Assembly: GCA_963730935.1 (NCBI GenBank)
Contig: CAVSTP010000004.1
Coordinates: 576,001 to 640,000, forward strand
Source: an uncultured Nitrospiraceae bacterium
GTDB taxonomy: Bacteria; Nitrospirota; Nitrospiria; Nitrospirales; Nitrospiraceae
Direction of reading: 5' to 3'
Length of the DNA: 64,000 nt
This document shows positions 21,024 to 33,256 of this stretch, in pieces (the first letter of the stretch is position 1; each line of letters begins with the position of its first letter). The notes beneath the pieces were generated by a model that saw only the letters and a program-made list of their open reading frames with translations, searched no databases and was not told the origin of the DNA. The position numbers were made by a program, and so were the translations under genes.

Positions 21024-22703
21024 ATTCCTGAACTCTATGGTCAAACCAGCGGGTTACGCGCCGGTCAAGTGGCTGCGGTCGAGCGCCTCTACCGACGCCG
21101 CGTCCCTCAAGACAAAATGCTGTCTCTTGAGCTGGCCAAAGCCATGTGTCAGCTCTCGTTGGAGATCCGTCGCCCGCTGGCGGTGTTGTTGACCAGACGA
21201 GGCCAAGTCCAAGAGATTATCATCGGCACCGATCTCACACTTTCACCGACCACACTGTCCAAATTCCGCGCCGGCTCCCGGTCATTGCGTGGGCTCAGGC
21301 TGATTCGCACCCAGCTCCATGATCAGCCGCTCAGCCAGGAGTCCTTGACCGACTTGGCCTACCTCCGTCTTGATTTGTTCGGCGTCGTGTCGGTCACGCC
21401 CACGGGCAATCCCGGGATGTTGTATGTAGCTCATCTGCTGCCGCCCAACGGCACCGGCCAACTCTGCAATGTGCTCAAGGGCACCCCGTTCCAGCAACAA
21501 ACGCTGGCATTCGACCGGTTCATCGAAGAGCTTGAGACGGATATGCAACGCGCTCGCGGCACCCATGCCATTGGGCATGATGCGGAGTCGGCCATGCTAG
21601 TGAGCGCTTCCTCCCGAAGCCGGATCGAACAGGAGGAGCGCCTCGTCGAACTGACCGAATTGGCCTCTTCCGCCGGAGTCACGGTCATCGATCGGATGGC
21701 CCAGCGCACGCCCGATGGTCATCAACGCTATTTGTTAGGCAGCGGAAAGCTGAAGGATGTCCTGATTCAGACCCTGCACAAGGGCGCGGACATGGTGATC
21801 TTCGATCAGACGCTCACTCCCGCCCAATCACGCGCGATTTCGGAGATGACAGACATCAAAGTGATCGATCGGACGCAGTTGATTCTGGATATTTTCGCGC
21901 GCCGGGCGCACAGCCGAGAAGGAAAAGTGCAGGTCGAGCTCGCACAGCTCCGCTATCTGTTGCCGAGGTTGTCTGGAAAAGGCACCGAGTTGTCGCGCCT
22001 GGGCGGCGGCATCGGATCCAGAGGCCCCGGCGAAACCAAACTGGAAACGGATCGGCGCCGGATTCGAGATCGTATTACCCATTTGGAGCGTGAACTCCAG
22101 CACTTCGCGCGCCAGCAGGACCAGCGCCGTGCCCGTCGGACTCGGCACCGGCTGCCCGTCCTTTCTTTGGTCGGCTACACCAATGCAGGGAAATCAACCC
22201 TGCTCAACGTGCTGACGAAAAGCCATGTCTCCACCCAGGACCGCCTGTTTGAAACCCTGGATACGACCAGCCGCAGACTCAGATTTCCCAGGGACCGCGA
22301 AGTCATTGTGACTGATACGGTCGGATTTATCCGTGATCTCCCTCAAGAGCTGGTCGGCGCGTTCCGGACGACACTGGAGGAACTGCGCGAGGCGGATTTG
22401 CTGGTCCATGTGGTCGATGCCACCGCCGTGGACGTCGACATCCAGATCTCGGCCGTGGTGAAGATTCTTCAGGACTTGAATCTTGCCACCTTGCCCCGGA
22501 CGCTGGTTTTCAACAAATGTGATCGCCTCCCGCGCCACGAAGCGGAGCTGTTATGTCGTCGGTATCAGGCCATCGGCGTCTCCGCTCTGCAAACGGACAC
22601 GCTGCAGCCGTTACTCGATCATCTCGAACGGGAACTCGCGCTCGCCGTTCCGTCTGAGCACGGGGCTCCTGACGCCGTCGTCGCGCTTGCTTCTCGTTCC
22701 TGA
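21024..22703 (+). CDS. hflX: Ribosome-splitting GTPase HflX (long form), probable ATT start
   Basis: DRTQLILDIFA, EGKVQVELAQL, GPGETKLE, GYTNAGKS, DTVGFI, NKCD; GGAGG at 21013-21017 precedes in-frame ATT at 21024 (ORF track start 21069). Confidence 0.9.
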   Translation: MPELYGQTSGLRAGQVAAVERLYRRRVPQDKMLSLELAKAMCQLSLEIRRPLAVLLTRRGQVQEIIIGTDLTLSPTTLSKFRAGSRSLRGLRLIRTQLHDQPLSQESLTDLAYLRLDLFGVVSVTPTGNPGMLYVAHLLPPNGTGQLCNVLKGTPFQQQTLAFDRFIEELETDMQRARGTHAIGHDAESAMLVSASSRSRIEQEERLVELTELASSAGVTVIDRMAQRTPDGHQRYLLGSGKLKDVLIQTLHKGADMVIFDQTLTPAQSRAISEMTDIKVIDRTQLILDIFARRAHSREGKVQVELAQLRYLLPRLSGKGTELSRLGGGIGSRGPGETKLETDRRRIRDRITHLERELQHFARQQDQRRARRTRHRLPVLSLVGYTNAGKSTLLNVLTKSHVSTQDRLFETLDTTSRRLRFPRDREVIVTDTVGFIRDLPQELVGAFRTTLEELREADLLVHVVDATAVDVDIQISAVVKILQDLNLATLPRTLVFNKCDRLPRHEAELLCRRYQAIGVSALQTDTLQPLLDHLERELALAVPSEHGAPDAVVALASRS

Positions 22704-22729
22704 TCTCTTCACAATCTAGCCGCCCGGCC

Positions 22730-23392
22730 ATGCCACGCACGCCAAGACCACCGGCCGACCTTCGGAAGCGGGCACAATCGGTTGCCCGAACGCTTCAGAC
22801 CGCAATGCCGGAAGCCAAGGTCGAGTTGTCGCACCGGTCACCCTGGGAGCTCCTTGTGGCCACGATTCTGTCGGCGCAGTGCACGGATCAGCGGGTGAAT
22901 CAAGTCACTCCCGTGCTGTTCGAGCGCTACAAGACCCCCTCGGATTTGGCCAAGGCACGATTGCCGGAGCTCGAACAGATCATCCGTTCGACCGGCTTCT
23001 TCAAGACCAAAGCCAAGAACCTCGTGGCCTGCGCCCACGCGATCACTACACAATTCGGCGAACGTGTCCCCGACCGCATGGAGGATTTAGTGACCCTGCC
23101 AGGAGTGGGGCGGAAGACGGCCAACGTGCTGCTCGGCCAAGCCTTCGGCCAACCGGCGATCGTGGTCGATACCCATGTAAAGCGCGTATCCAATCGCTTG
23201 AGACTGACCACCTCCGACGATCCCGAACAGATCGAACAGGACCTCCAACGATTGCTGCCAGCCTCGCAGTGGACCGGTGTATCAGAACGCTTGCTGCTGC
23301 ACGGAAGATATATCTGCGTCGCCCGCAAGCCTTTGTGCGGCCGCTGTCCGATCTATGACGATTGTGACGCCAAGGAGAAGACTCCTCGATGA
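22730..23392 (+). CDS. nth: Endonuclease III
   Basis: LSAQCTD, HhH LPGVGRKTAN, VDTHV, 4Fe-4S motif CVARKPLCGRCPIYDDC. Confidence 0.95.
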   Translation: MPRTPRPPADLRKRAQSVARTLQTAMPEAKVELSHRSPWELLVATILSAQCTDQRVNQVTPVLFERYKTPSDLAKARLPELEQIIRSTGFFKTKAKNLVACAHAITTQFGERVPDRMEDLVTLPGVGRKTANVLLGQAFGQPAIVVDTHVKRVSNRLRLTTSDDPEQIEQDLQRLLPASQWTGVSERLLLHGRYICVARKPLCGRCPIYDDCDAKEKTPR

Positions 23393-24267
23393 TCCGCAGC
23401 ATGACGGGTTTCGGACAAAAACATGCGCCCTGGCAGGACGGTGCGGTGACGGTCGAGGTTCGGTCCGTCAATCATCGGTTTCTCGAGGTCGCATGCAGGC
23501 TTCCTCGTCCTTTGCACGCGCTGGAAGAGCCCTTCAAGAAAGCGGTTCAGCAACGCTGCTCGCGAGGCCGCATTGACGTGACCGTCTCGGTTCAGGGAGG
23601 GAAGGGACGGGGAGGGCTCATCAAGCTTGACCAGGCGATGGCAAAACAGTACCATCAGGCCCTCCGTCGATTGAAAACCTCGCTCAAACTGCCTGGGTCT
23701 ATCGATGTCGCCCTCGTCGCCGGGCTCAGGGATGTGCTGACGGTGTCCGATCAGCCGCCGGAAGACCCCCAACTGGCCAAGCTCGTGCATCAACTCGCCG
23801 AAGAAGCGCTGGATCAGATGCACGCCATGCGGCAACGGGAGGGGACGGCTCTGGCCAAGGATATGCACGGACGCATTCAGACGCTGAAAGACCACCGCTT
23901 GGCTGTCTCCGGTCGTGCTCCCGTCCTTCTACAAGAGGGATTCGAGCGGATGAAGCAGCGTATCGAAAAACTGTTGGGCGGAGAGGCTCCGGATGTTCCA
24001 AGGCTGCATCAAGAACTGGCCATGTATGCCGACCGTGGCGACATTACGGAAGAAATAGTCAGATTGGACTCCCATATGTTACAGTTTGAGGAACACCTTA
24101 AGCGCGCGGAATCTGTGGGCAAAACCCTTGAATTCCTGCTTCAAGAAATGGGGCGCGAAGTGAATACCATCGGCTCAAAGGCAAACGACGCCGTCATTGC
24201 AGGTCATGTCGTGCAGATGAAAGCCGAATTGGAGCGCGTCAGAGAACAGGTTCAGAACGTCGAATGA
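23389..24267 (+). CDS. yicC: YicC/YloC family endoribonuclease
   Basis: MIRSMTGFG, SVNHRFLE, DITEEIVRL, FLLQEMGREVNTIGSK, REQVQNVE. Confidence 0.93.
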   Translation: MIRSMTGFGQKHAPWQDGAVTVEVRSVNHRFLEVACRLPRPLHALEEPFKKAVQQRCSRGRIDVTVSVQGGKGRGGLIKLDQAMAKQYHQALRRLKTSLKLPGSIDVALVAGLRDVLTVSDQPPEDPQLAKLVHQLAEEALDQMHAMRQREGTALAKDMHGRIQTLKDHRLAVSGRAPVLLQEGFERMKQRIEKLLGGEAPDVPRLHQELAMYADRGDITEEIVRLDSHMLQFEEHLKRAESVGKTLEFLLQEMGREVNTIGSKANDAVIAGHVVQMKAELERVREQVQNVE

Positions 24268-24968
24268 GCATCGCCGCCAACGCAATGCCTCTCCCTTCCG
24301 GACCGGTGCGGTCGTCGACCGAACGGCGCGGAATTTTGTTCATCATTTCTGCGCCGTCCGGCACCGGCAAAACGACGTTGTGTAAACAGCTTGCCGCCAA
24401 CATTCCTGGCTTGTGGCATTCCATTTCGTACACCACGAGGAAGCCGAGGCCCGGCGAAGAGAACGGCCGGGAATACTTTTTTACGGACGAGGCGACGTTC
24501 CAGGCGATGATCGACCGCCATGAATTCGTCGAATGGGCGCGGGTTTACGGACATTTATATGGCACGCCGAGAAAGACGCTGACAGACAAAATCGATCAGG
24601 GCATCGACGTCCTCCTCGAAATCGACGTGCAGGGCGCGTTGCAGGTCAAGAAAAAATTTGACGACGCGGTCTCGGTCTTCATCCTTCCACCCTCGATGAC
24701 CGTCCTGCGCCAGCGTCTGCTGGCCCGTGCGTCCGATTCCTCCGACGAAATTCAACGGCGGCTGCAAAAGGTGAAAGAAGAGGTATGGAGCTACCGAGAG
24801 TACGCGTACATCGTGAAAAACGACGATCTCACCCGCTCACTACGCGATCTGGAGAACATTTTTCTCGGTGAGCGGTTGAAAACGAAACGCTTGAACATGG
24901 CCTGGATCGAGAATAACTTTATCCTCGACGACGAAACCAAACCTGGAGATCGAAAAGATCTCCCCTAA
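24264..24968 (+). CDS. gmk: Guanylate kinase
   Basis: SAPSGTGKTT, TTRKPRPGE, YGT, LEIDVQGA. Confidence 0.95.
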   Translation: MSIAANAMPLPSGPVRSSTERRGILFIISAPSGTGKTTLCKQLAANIPGLWHSISYTTRKPRPGEENGREYFFTDEATFQAMIDRHEFVEWARVYGHLYGTPRKTLTDKIDQGIDVLLEIDVQGALQVKKKFDDAVSVFILPPSMTVLRQRLLARASDSSDEIQRRLQKVKEEVWSYREYAYIVKNDDLTRSLRDLENIFLGERLKTKRLNMAWIENNFILDDETKPGDRKDLP

Positions 24969-24989
24969 CCATAAGGGAGTACGGAATCC

Positions 24990-25349
24990 ATGATCGATAT
25001 GCTCAGTCTTCTGCCGCAATATACCTCGGATGAGTTCGATTCCCGCCACCGTTTGGTCATCGTGGCCGCCCAACGGGCGAAGCACATCGTGCAGGGGTCG
25101 CGGCCCTTCGGCCCTTCGCGCTACACCAAGGAAACGACGATTGCGCTCGATGAAGTGCTGAGGGGCGAAGCCAAATACCTGATCGGCAAAGATGCAAGGG
25201 ACGCCATGAAGGAAGCGAAGCGGGGCAAGGAAGGCGAGACTGAGCGTATGGCCATGATGACAGGCGAAGACGCCCGGGAAATCAAGAAGGAACTCAGCGT
25301 GTATGTGGACGACAGCCCCAAGCCCCCGGCGGCCGAATCCGAAGAGTAA
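24990..25349 (+). CDS. rpoZ: RNA polymerase omega subunit
   Basis: SRHRLVIVAAQRAK..., TIALDEV; gmk-rpoZ-coaBC synteny. Confidence 0.88.
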   Translation: MIDMLSLLPQYTSDEFDSRHRLVIVAAQRAKHIVQGSRPFGPSRYTKETTIALDEVLRGEAKYLIGKDARDAMKEAKRGKEGETERMAMMTGEDAREIKKELSVYVDDSPKPPAAESEE

Positions 25350-25352
25350 GGT

Positions 25353-26582
25353 ATGACCGAGGACTCGAGACGTCCGACGCTTGAAGGAGCACGCCTGGTG
25401 CTCGGCGTCACCGGCAGCATCGCCGCCTATAAGGCCGTCAGCTTGCTGCGGGTCTTGGTCCGCGAAGGTGCGACGGTCGATGTGGCCATGACCCGTGCGG
25501 CCACCAAGTTCATCACTCCCTTGACGTTCGAGGTACTCTCGGCCCGGCCGGTCGTGACCGGCCTCTTTGAGGCACGCCAGGAAATGAAACACCTCTCGCT
25601 CCCGGAAGAAGCCGATGCGATTCTCGTGGCACCGGCCACCGCCAATTTTCTGGCGAAAGCGGCCCTGGGCATCGCCGATGATCTTCTCTCGACGATGTTG
25701 TTGACGGCGCGCTGTCCGCTCATTTGCGCTCCGGCGATGGACGGCGGCATGTGGTCTCATCCGACTGTGAAGGGCCATGTGCAGACGCTGCGCGCGAGGG
25801 GAGTCTTCGTCATCGATCCGGATGAAGGAGCGCTGGCATCGGGGCGTTTGGGGCAAGGTCGGTTCGCCGAAGAAGAGCGTATTCTGGCGGGTGTCCGCTC
25901 TGCCCTGACGCCCAGACGGGACTGGGAAGGGCAACGCCTGCTGCTCTCCGCGGGGCCAACCCAGGAACCGATCGATCCCGTCCGCTATATTTCCAACCGT
26001 TCGTCAGGAAAGATGGGGTATGCCATCGCCGAAGCGGCCTCCAAGCGCGGAGCGCAGGTGGTGCTGGTCAGCGGTCCGACGTCCCTTTCTCCACCGCGGG
26101 GAGTGGAAGTGGTCCCCGTGGAAACCGCCGAGGAGATGGCCAAGCACATGAGCACTCGATTGAGTTGGTCGACCGTCGTCGTCATGGCCGCCGCTGTGGC
26201 CGATTTTCGACCGAAGCACGCGGCCGAACTGAAATTGAAAAAGCGCGGCAAGCCGACAACCACCCTTGATCTCGAGCAGACCACCGACATCTTGGCCGCG
26301 TTGTCCGCCCGGCGCACCACGCAGGTGCTGGTCGGCTTTGCTGCGGAAACCCATGACCTCCTGACACATGCCAAGGCCAAGTTGAGCTCCAAGGGTCTCG
26401 ATGTGATCGTCGCCAACGACGTGACCCGCCCAGGAGCGGGATTCGGCAGCGATCAGAATGCCGCGACCTTGATCGAGCGGGACGGCCGAATCACCGACCT
26501 GCCCCTCAAGTCCAAGCGAGAGTTGGCGGATGACATTCTGAACGCCGCCCAGCGGTGGCTTCCCCCCTTAAAGAGACGATAG
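25353..26582 (+). CDS. coaBC: Phosphopantothenoylcysteine decarboxylase/ligase
   Basis: GVTGSIAAYKA, APATAN, PAMD, DPVRYISNRSSGKMG, AAVADF, GFAAET. Confidence 0.95.
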   Translation: MTEDSRRPTLEGARLVLGVTGSIAAYKAVSLLRVLVREGATVDVAMTRAATKFITPLTFEVLSARPVVTGLFEARQEMKHLSLPEEADAILVAPATANFLAKAALGIADDLLSTMLLTARCPLICAPAMDGGMWSHPTVKGHVQTLRARGVFVIDPDEGALASGRLGQGRFAEEERILAGVRSALTPRRDWEGQRLLLSAGPTQEPIDPVRYISNRSSGKMGYAIAEAASKRGAQVVLVSGPTSLSPPRGVEVVPVETAEEMAKHMSTRLSWSTVVVMAAAVADFRPKHAAELKLKKRGKPTTTLDLEQTTDILAALSARRTTQVLVGFAAETHDLLTHAKAKLSSKGLDVIVANDVTRPGAGFGSDQNAATLIERDGRITDLPLKSKRELADDILNAAQRWLPPLKRR

Positions 26583-26585
26583 ACG

Positions 26586-27269
26586 ATGGCACCTCAAAAA
26601 CATGCTGCAAACGCGATGGAGATCGACCGGCTCGCCACCCAGCTTGCCAAAGATCCCCATTCCAAAGCCTTCCTCCCGTTAGCCGAGGAGTATTGCAAGG
26701 CCGGCATGTGGGAGGAGGCGGTCAGTGTGTTGGAAGCCGGCTTGAAGCAGTATCCAGGGTTTATCACCGCAATGGTCGTCCTAGGCCGGGCCTACGATCA
26801 GCTGAACCAAGCGACCAAGGCTAGGGCAGTCCTTGAGGGAGCGATCAAGCTGAGCCCGGAAAACCTCCGCGCCCATCGGACGTTGATGAGAATTTATGCC
26901 GCTCAAGGTCTGAAGCAAGAAGCGATGAAGTCCTGTCGTGTGATCCTCTCCATGAACCCCAAGGACGAGGAAGCGCTGTCCGTGCAAGCCTCGTTAGGGG
27001 TACAAGAACCTGACTCAGCTAGAGAAGTCCTCTCGCCTCGCAAGTCTTCAGCTGTTGGCCAAGAACTGCAGCCAGCACAGGCCGTCACAAACCATCCCGA
27101 CGCAGCCGACAACTCTTTACGCGCACGGATGACTGGTGATCTTCAACTGGAATCGGCAGCCGTGGAACGCGCTACCGGTCATGCCGCAACGATTGCACAG
27201 CTCGAGTCCTGGCTGTGCTCCCTCGAACGACAACGACGCGATCGGCCGACATCAGGCTCGAACCCATAA
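26586..27269 (+). CDS. TPR-containing protein
   Basis: DPHSKAFLPLAEEY.K.G..EEA TPR repeats, low-complexity C-terminal half. Confidence 0.75.
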   Translation: MAPQKHAANAMEIDRLATQLAKDPHSKAFLPLAEEYCKAGMWEEAVSVLEAGLKQYPGFITAMVVLGRAYDQLNQATKARAVLEGAIKLSPENLRAHRTLMRIYAAQGLKQEAMKSCRVILSMNPKDEEALSVQASLGVQEPDSAREVLSPRKSSAVGQELQPAQAVTNHPDAADNSLRARMTGDLQLESAAVERATGHAATIAQLESWLCSLERQRRDRPTSGSNP

Positions 27270-27290
27270 ATTTCCAATATATTCGATAGT

Positions 27291-27319
27291 TTGACCGCTC
27301 ATTGCCAGCCTGTTACAAT
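27291..27319 (+). promoter_or_regulatory. sigma70-type promoter of aroQ-efp-accB-accC
   Basis: TTGACC-17 bp-TACAAT with TG extension. Confidence 0.55.
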
Positions 27320-27375
27320 GCCGCTCTCCTGAATTGCCGGCAAGAACACCGCCAGCTATAGACATCGGTTGAAGC

Positions 27376-27870
27376 ATGTTCCGGATACTCGTGTTACATG
27401 GACCCAACTTGAACCTGCTCGGCACCAGGGAGCAGTCCATCTATGGCAGCCAGTCCTTGGACAGCATTGACTCTGCCGTGATCAAACTCGCCCAGGATCT
27501 GGCTGTGGAAGTTGACATTCGACAGTCCAATAGCGAAGGGGAACTCGTCAACTGGATCCAAGAGAGTGGAACCGGCTATCAAGGACTCATCATCAACCCG
27601 GCCGCCTACACCCATACCAGCATCGCGATTCGGGACGCTATTGCGGCAGTGGGCTTACCCACCGTTGAAGTCCATCTGTCGAACATCCACCAGCGGGAAT
27701 CATTCCGCCATCATTCGCACGTGGCCGGAGTGGCCTTGGGGCAGATTTCCGGATTGGGGTCCACCGGCTACCTGCTTGCTCTGCGCGGCCTGCATGACCA
27801 TTTGTCAGCCCCCAAAAAGCTCAAAAAGCATTCGCCGGGGTCCCGGCGGCAGAAAAGTGCATCACGATAG
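27376..27870 (+). CDS. aroQ: Type II 3-dehydroquinate dehydratase
   Basis: [34 protein letters not shown]. Confidence 0.95.
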   Translation: MFRILVLHGPNLNLLGTREQSIYGSQSLDSIDSAVIKLAQDLAVEVDIRQSNSEGELVNWIQESGTGYQGLIINPAAYTHTSIAIRDAIAAVGLPTVEVHLSNIHQRESFRHHSHVAGVALGQISGLGSTGYLLALRGLHDHLSAPKKLKKHSPGSRRQKSASR

Positions 27871-27916
27871 CAGCGAACACATCATTCATTCCGATTCGCG
27901 GTGAAGGGAGCAACGA

Positions 27917-28477
27917 GTGATTTCCACCACTGACTTTCGAGGCGGCGTCCGTCTCATGGTCGACGGCGAGCCATTCTACATCGTCGAATTTCAACATGTG
28001 AAACCGGGTAAGGGAGGGGCATTCGTCAGGACGAAGCTCAAGAGCTATCTCTCGGGCAATGTGCTCGATCGCACGTTTCGGTCTGGAGAGCGGTTCGAGG
28101 AGCCGGATCTTGAAGAACGCGAAATGCAATTCCTCTATGCGACCGGTCACGACTATACGTTCATGGACACGGACACCTACGAACAGTTGACCTTTGAGAA
28201 AAAGCAGCTGGGCGAGAACGCGGACCTCCTCAAAGAAAACATGAACGTGAAAATCCTCGTCTACGAGCATCGTCCGATCGATGTTGAGCTGCCCATCTTC
28301 ATCGAGCTCAAGGTAGTCGACGCCGAGCCCGGCGTTCGCGGCGATACGGCGTCAGGCGGCACAAAGCCTGCTGTGGTCGAAACAGGGGCGACGATTAAGG
28401 TCCCGCTCTATCTGGAAGTTGGGACAGTCATCAAGATCGACACCCGTACGAGAGCCTATGTGGAGCGCGTTCGGTGA
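27917..28477 (+). CDS. efp: Elongation factor P
   Basis: [30 protein letters not shown] start. Confidence 0.96.
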   Translation: MISTTDFRGGVRLMVDGEPFYIVEFQHVKPGKGGAFVRTKLKSYLSGNVLDRTFRSGERFEEPDLEEREMQFLYATGHDYTFMDTDTYEQLTFEKKQLGENADLLKENMNVKILVYEHRPIDVELPIFIELKVVDAEPGVRGDTASGGTKPAVVETGATIKVPLYLEVGTVIKIDTRTRAYVERVR

Positions 28478-29031
28478 GCCGGAAGAAGCCCCGCAAAGCG
28501 CGCATATCGGGAACCCCCATCGTGCTGCCAGGGTCTTTCGGCACCAAAGGCGCCCAGGATGCCGCAGCCCAAACGAAGCAGATTCAAGAACTGATCGATC
28601 TGTTGAAGCGCAACCACTTGACCGAACTCGAGATCGAACGGGCTGGCGTCCGCATCAGAGTACGGCATGAGATAGGGATCAAGACCGTGTCGGCCAGCGT
28701 CAGCGAGCCCGGGCATGCGTCTGCTCCTGCCGCGACTCAGCAAGCTGCTCCGGCCAGCGATTTGGTGGAAGACGCCGCGGGACACATTACGATTACCTCG
28801 CCGATTGTGGGCACCTTCTACCGGTCGCCTTCCCCCGATGCCGATCCCTATGTCGAAGAAGGCGACTACGTGAAAAAAGGACAGGTCTTGTGTATCGTGG
28901 AAGCCATGAAGTTGATGAACGAGATCGAGTCGGAGGTGGACGGGCGCATCACGAAGATTCTGTTGGAAAGCACCAAGCCCGTTGAATACGGTCAGGCGCT
29001 CTTCCTGATCGATCCGAAAGCCACCCCTTGA
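28474..29031 (+). CDS. accB: Acetyl-CoA carboxylase biotin carboxyl carrier protein
   Basis: [23 protein letters not shown] biotinylation motif. Confidence 0.93.
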   Translation: MSRKKPRKARISGTPIVLPGSFGTKGAQDAAAQTKQIQELIDLLKRNHLTELEIERAGVRIRVRHEIGIKTVSASVSEPGHASAPAATQQAAPASDLVEDAAGHITITSPIVGTFYRSPSPDADPYVEEGDYVKKGQVLCIVEAMKLMNEIESEVDGRITKILLESTKPVEYGQALFLIDPKATP

Positions 29032-29035
29032 AATA

Positions 29036-29090
29036 CGGATGTTGACACAGATCGTTCAGCTTCGCCCTAGCCGCTCCCGGACCCTCAACC
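29036..29090 (+). repeat. Decayed partial copy of the MITE-like repeat end
   Basis: CGGATGTTGACACAGATCGTTCAGCTTCGCCCTAGCCGCTC aligns by eye with the reverse complement of about 54500-54542 (CGGATGTTGAAACGGCCTTCGAGCCTCGTTCTCGCATCGCTC). Confidence 0.45.
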
Positions 29091-29174
29091 AGCCCCGCCA
29101 TCGCCCCGGGGACGGCTTCACGCCCGTTCAGGCTGGTCATACCCTGTGCCTCCACCGATGGAAGGGATGCCGAC

Positions 29175-30515
29175 GTGTTTAAGAAGGTGCTGGTCGCCAA
29201 TCGGGGAGAGATCGCGCTGCGGGTGATCCGTGCCTGCAAAGAGCTCGGCATCAAGACCGTCGCCATCCATTCAGAGGCCGATACCGGCGCCATGCACGCC
29301 CGCGCCGCGGACGAGCGCCTGTGTGTGGGCCCGGCCGAGTCGGCCCTGAGTTACCGCAACATCCCCAACGTGCTCAGCGCCGCGGAAATCACCGGCGCCG
29401 ATGCCATCCATCCCGGCTATGGGTTTCTCTCCGAGAATGCGCACTTCGCCGAAGTCTGCGAATCGATCGGCGTGAAATTCATCGGCCCGACCTCGGAAAA
29501 CATCGCCTTGATGGGTGATAAGGCCAAGGCGCGCGAGATCGTCTCCCGTCGAGGACTGCCGGTGACGCCGGGAAGTCCCGGAGAACTCAAAAGTGAACAG
29601 GAGGCCCGGGAAGCCGCCGCCAAGATCGGCTATCCGGTCATTATCAAAGCGGCGGCCGGCGGTGGCGGGCGCGGCATGCGGGTCGTGAACAGCACCGACG
29701 AAGTCGGTCGTGCCTTCCAGGCGGCCCAGGCGGAGGCAAAATCGACCTTCGGCAACGACAGCGTGTATCTCGAACGATATTTCCTGGAACCTCGCCACAT
29801 CGAAGTGCAGATTGCGGCGGATGCTCGCGGCCACGTCGTGTACCTGGGGGAGCGTGATTGCTCGATTCAACGGCGTCACCAGAAACTCGTGGAAGAAACG
29901 CCGTCGCCGGCAGTGGATGAGAAACTTCGCCGCGAGCTCGGACGCGTGGCCGTGGAGGCGATGAAAGCGGTGCACTACCGGAATTTAGGCACGGTGGAGT
30001 TCCTCCTCGACAAGGACCACAATTTCTTCTTCATGGAAGTGAACACCCGTATCCAAGTGGAGCATCCCATCACCGAAATGGTGACCGGGATCGATCTCAT
30101 CAAGGAGCAGATCACACTTGCCGACGGTCAGCCGCTTTCCTTCAAGCAGCCCGATATCCGGCTCAACGGTCACAGCCTCGAATGCCGAATCAACGCCGAA
30201 GACCCGGAAAAGTTCACTCCATCGCCCGGATTGATCACGCGCTACAGCGCCCCCGGCGGCTTCGGCGTCCGGGTCGATTCCGCCATGGAATCGAATGCTC
30301 TGGTCGTCCCACACTATGATTCGATGATCGCCAAGCTCATCACGCACGGCCGGGACCGGCAAGAAGCCATGGCCCGCATGCGTCGGGCGCTCGATGAATT
30401 TGTGATCGACGGCATCAAGACGACGATCCCGCTTCACAAACGGATCCTGAACGATCCGGACTTTCAAAAGGGTCACGTCTCAACGACATACCTCGAGCGT
30501 TTTCTCGCCAGCTGA
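29175..30515 (+). CDS. accC: Acetyl-CoA carboxylase biotin carboxylase
   Basis: ANRGEIA, HPGYGFLSEN, GGGGRGMR, ERDCSIQRRHQK, EVNTRIQVEH, YDSMIAKLI. Confidence 0.96.
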   Translation: MFKKVLVANRGEIALRVIRACKELGIKTVAIHSEADTGAMHARAADERLCVGPAESALSYRNIPNVLSAAEITGADAIHPGYGFLSENAHFAEVCESIGVKFIGPTSENIALMGDKAKAREIVSRRGLPVTPGSPGELKSEQEAREAAAKIGYPVIIKAAAGGGGRGMRVVNSTDEVGRAFQAAQAEAKSTFGNDSVYLERYFLEPRHIEVQIAADARGHVVYLGERDCSIQRRHQKLVEETPSPAVDEKLRRELGRVAVEAMKAVHYRNLGTVEFLLDKDHNFFFMEVNTRIQVEHPITEMVTGIDLIKEQITLADGQPLSFKQPDIRLNGHSLECRINAEDPEKFTPSPGLITRYSAPGGFGVRVDSAMESNALVVPHYDSMIAKLITHGRDRQEAMARMRRALDEFVIDGIKTTIPLHKRILNDPDFQKGHVSTTYLERFLAS

Positions 30516-30556
30516 CGCTGCCACCCCGGCCTGCTTCTGCCCTCGGCCGCAATACC

Positions 30557-30912
30557 TCACTCGACAACAATGGTGCCGGTCATACCGGCATGCCCTCGGA
30601 TCGCACAGTAAAAGAGGTAGACACCGGGAATGATTCGAACGACGGTCTCGGCCCTGTGGTTGGGGGTAAACTGCTGGCCGGCGCGCCCGTGGCTCCGGTT
30701 TGATGCATCAACAGCGGACTCTTGAGCTCATGCGGCTCCCGACCTTCATTGGCAATCCTCAGTCGAATCGGTCGCTCAGCCGACACATGTACTTCGGCCG
30801 GAGTAAAGCGAAAATCCTCTGCCACGATGTAGACCGTTTGCTCAGGCGAATCACAGCCCATCGCCCACATGACGAGCAGGGTGACGAAACCCGTGAAGGC
30901 AAGTGAGCGCAT
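30557..30912 (-). pseudogene. Frameshifted cupredoxin-domain (type 1 Cu) lipoprotein: pseudogene or sequencing indel
   Basis: Frame 1 MRSLAF...AMGC...FRFTP...NEGREPHEL; after the C5 run (G5 at 30662-30666) the -1 frame reads PNHRAETVVRIIPGVYLFYCAIRGHAGMTGTIVVE* (stop at 30557-30559). Confidence 0.8.
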
Positions 30913-30985
30913 GTGACGGTCGCCTTGACTGGTCACGCGGTCTCCGCTGGCGTCCTTTCAGTGGCACACGCTACAATCCCGGTTC

Positions 30986-33130
<2,145 letters not shown>

Positions 33131-33256
33131 AGGGGATTATCGTGGGGCCGGAGGAGGAAGGCAAGCTGGGCCGGTAGTCGACTCTTGCCGCCCTCTGGAG
33201 TCGTATGGTACCGTTTGACTCAACCCCCTCAGATCCGCAGGGATCGCGGAGACACC

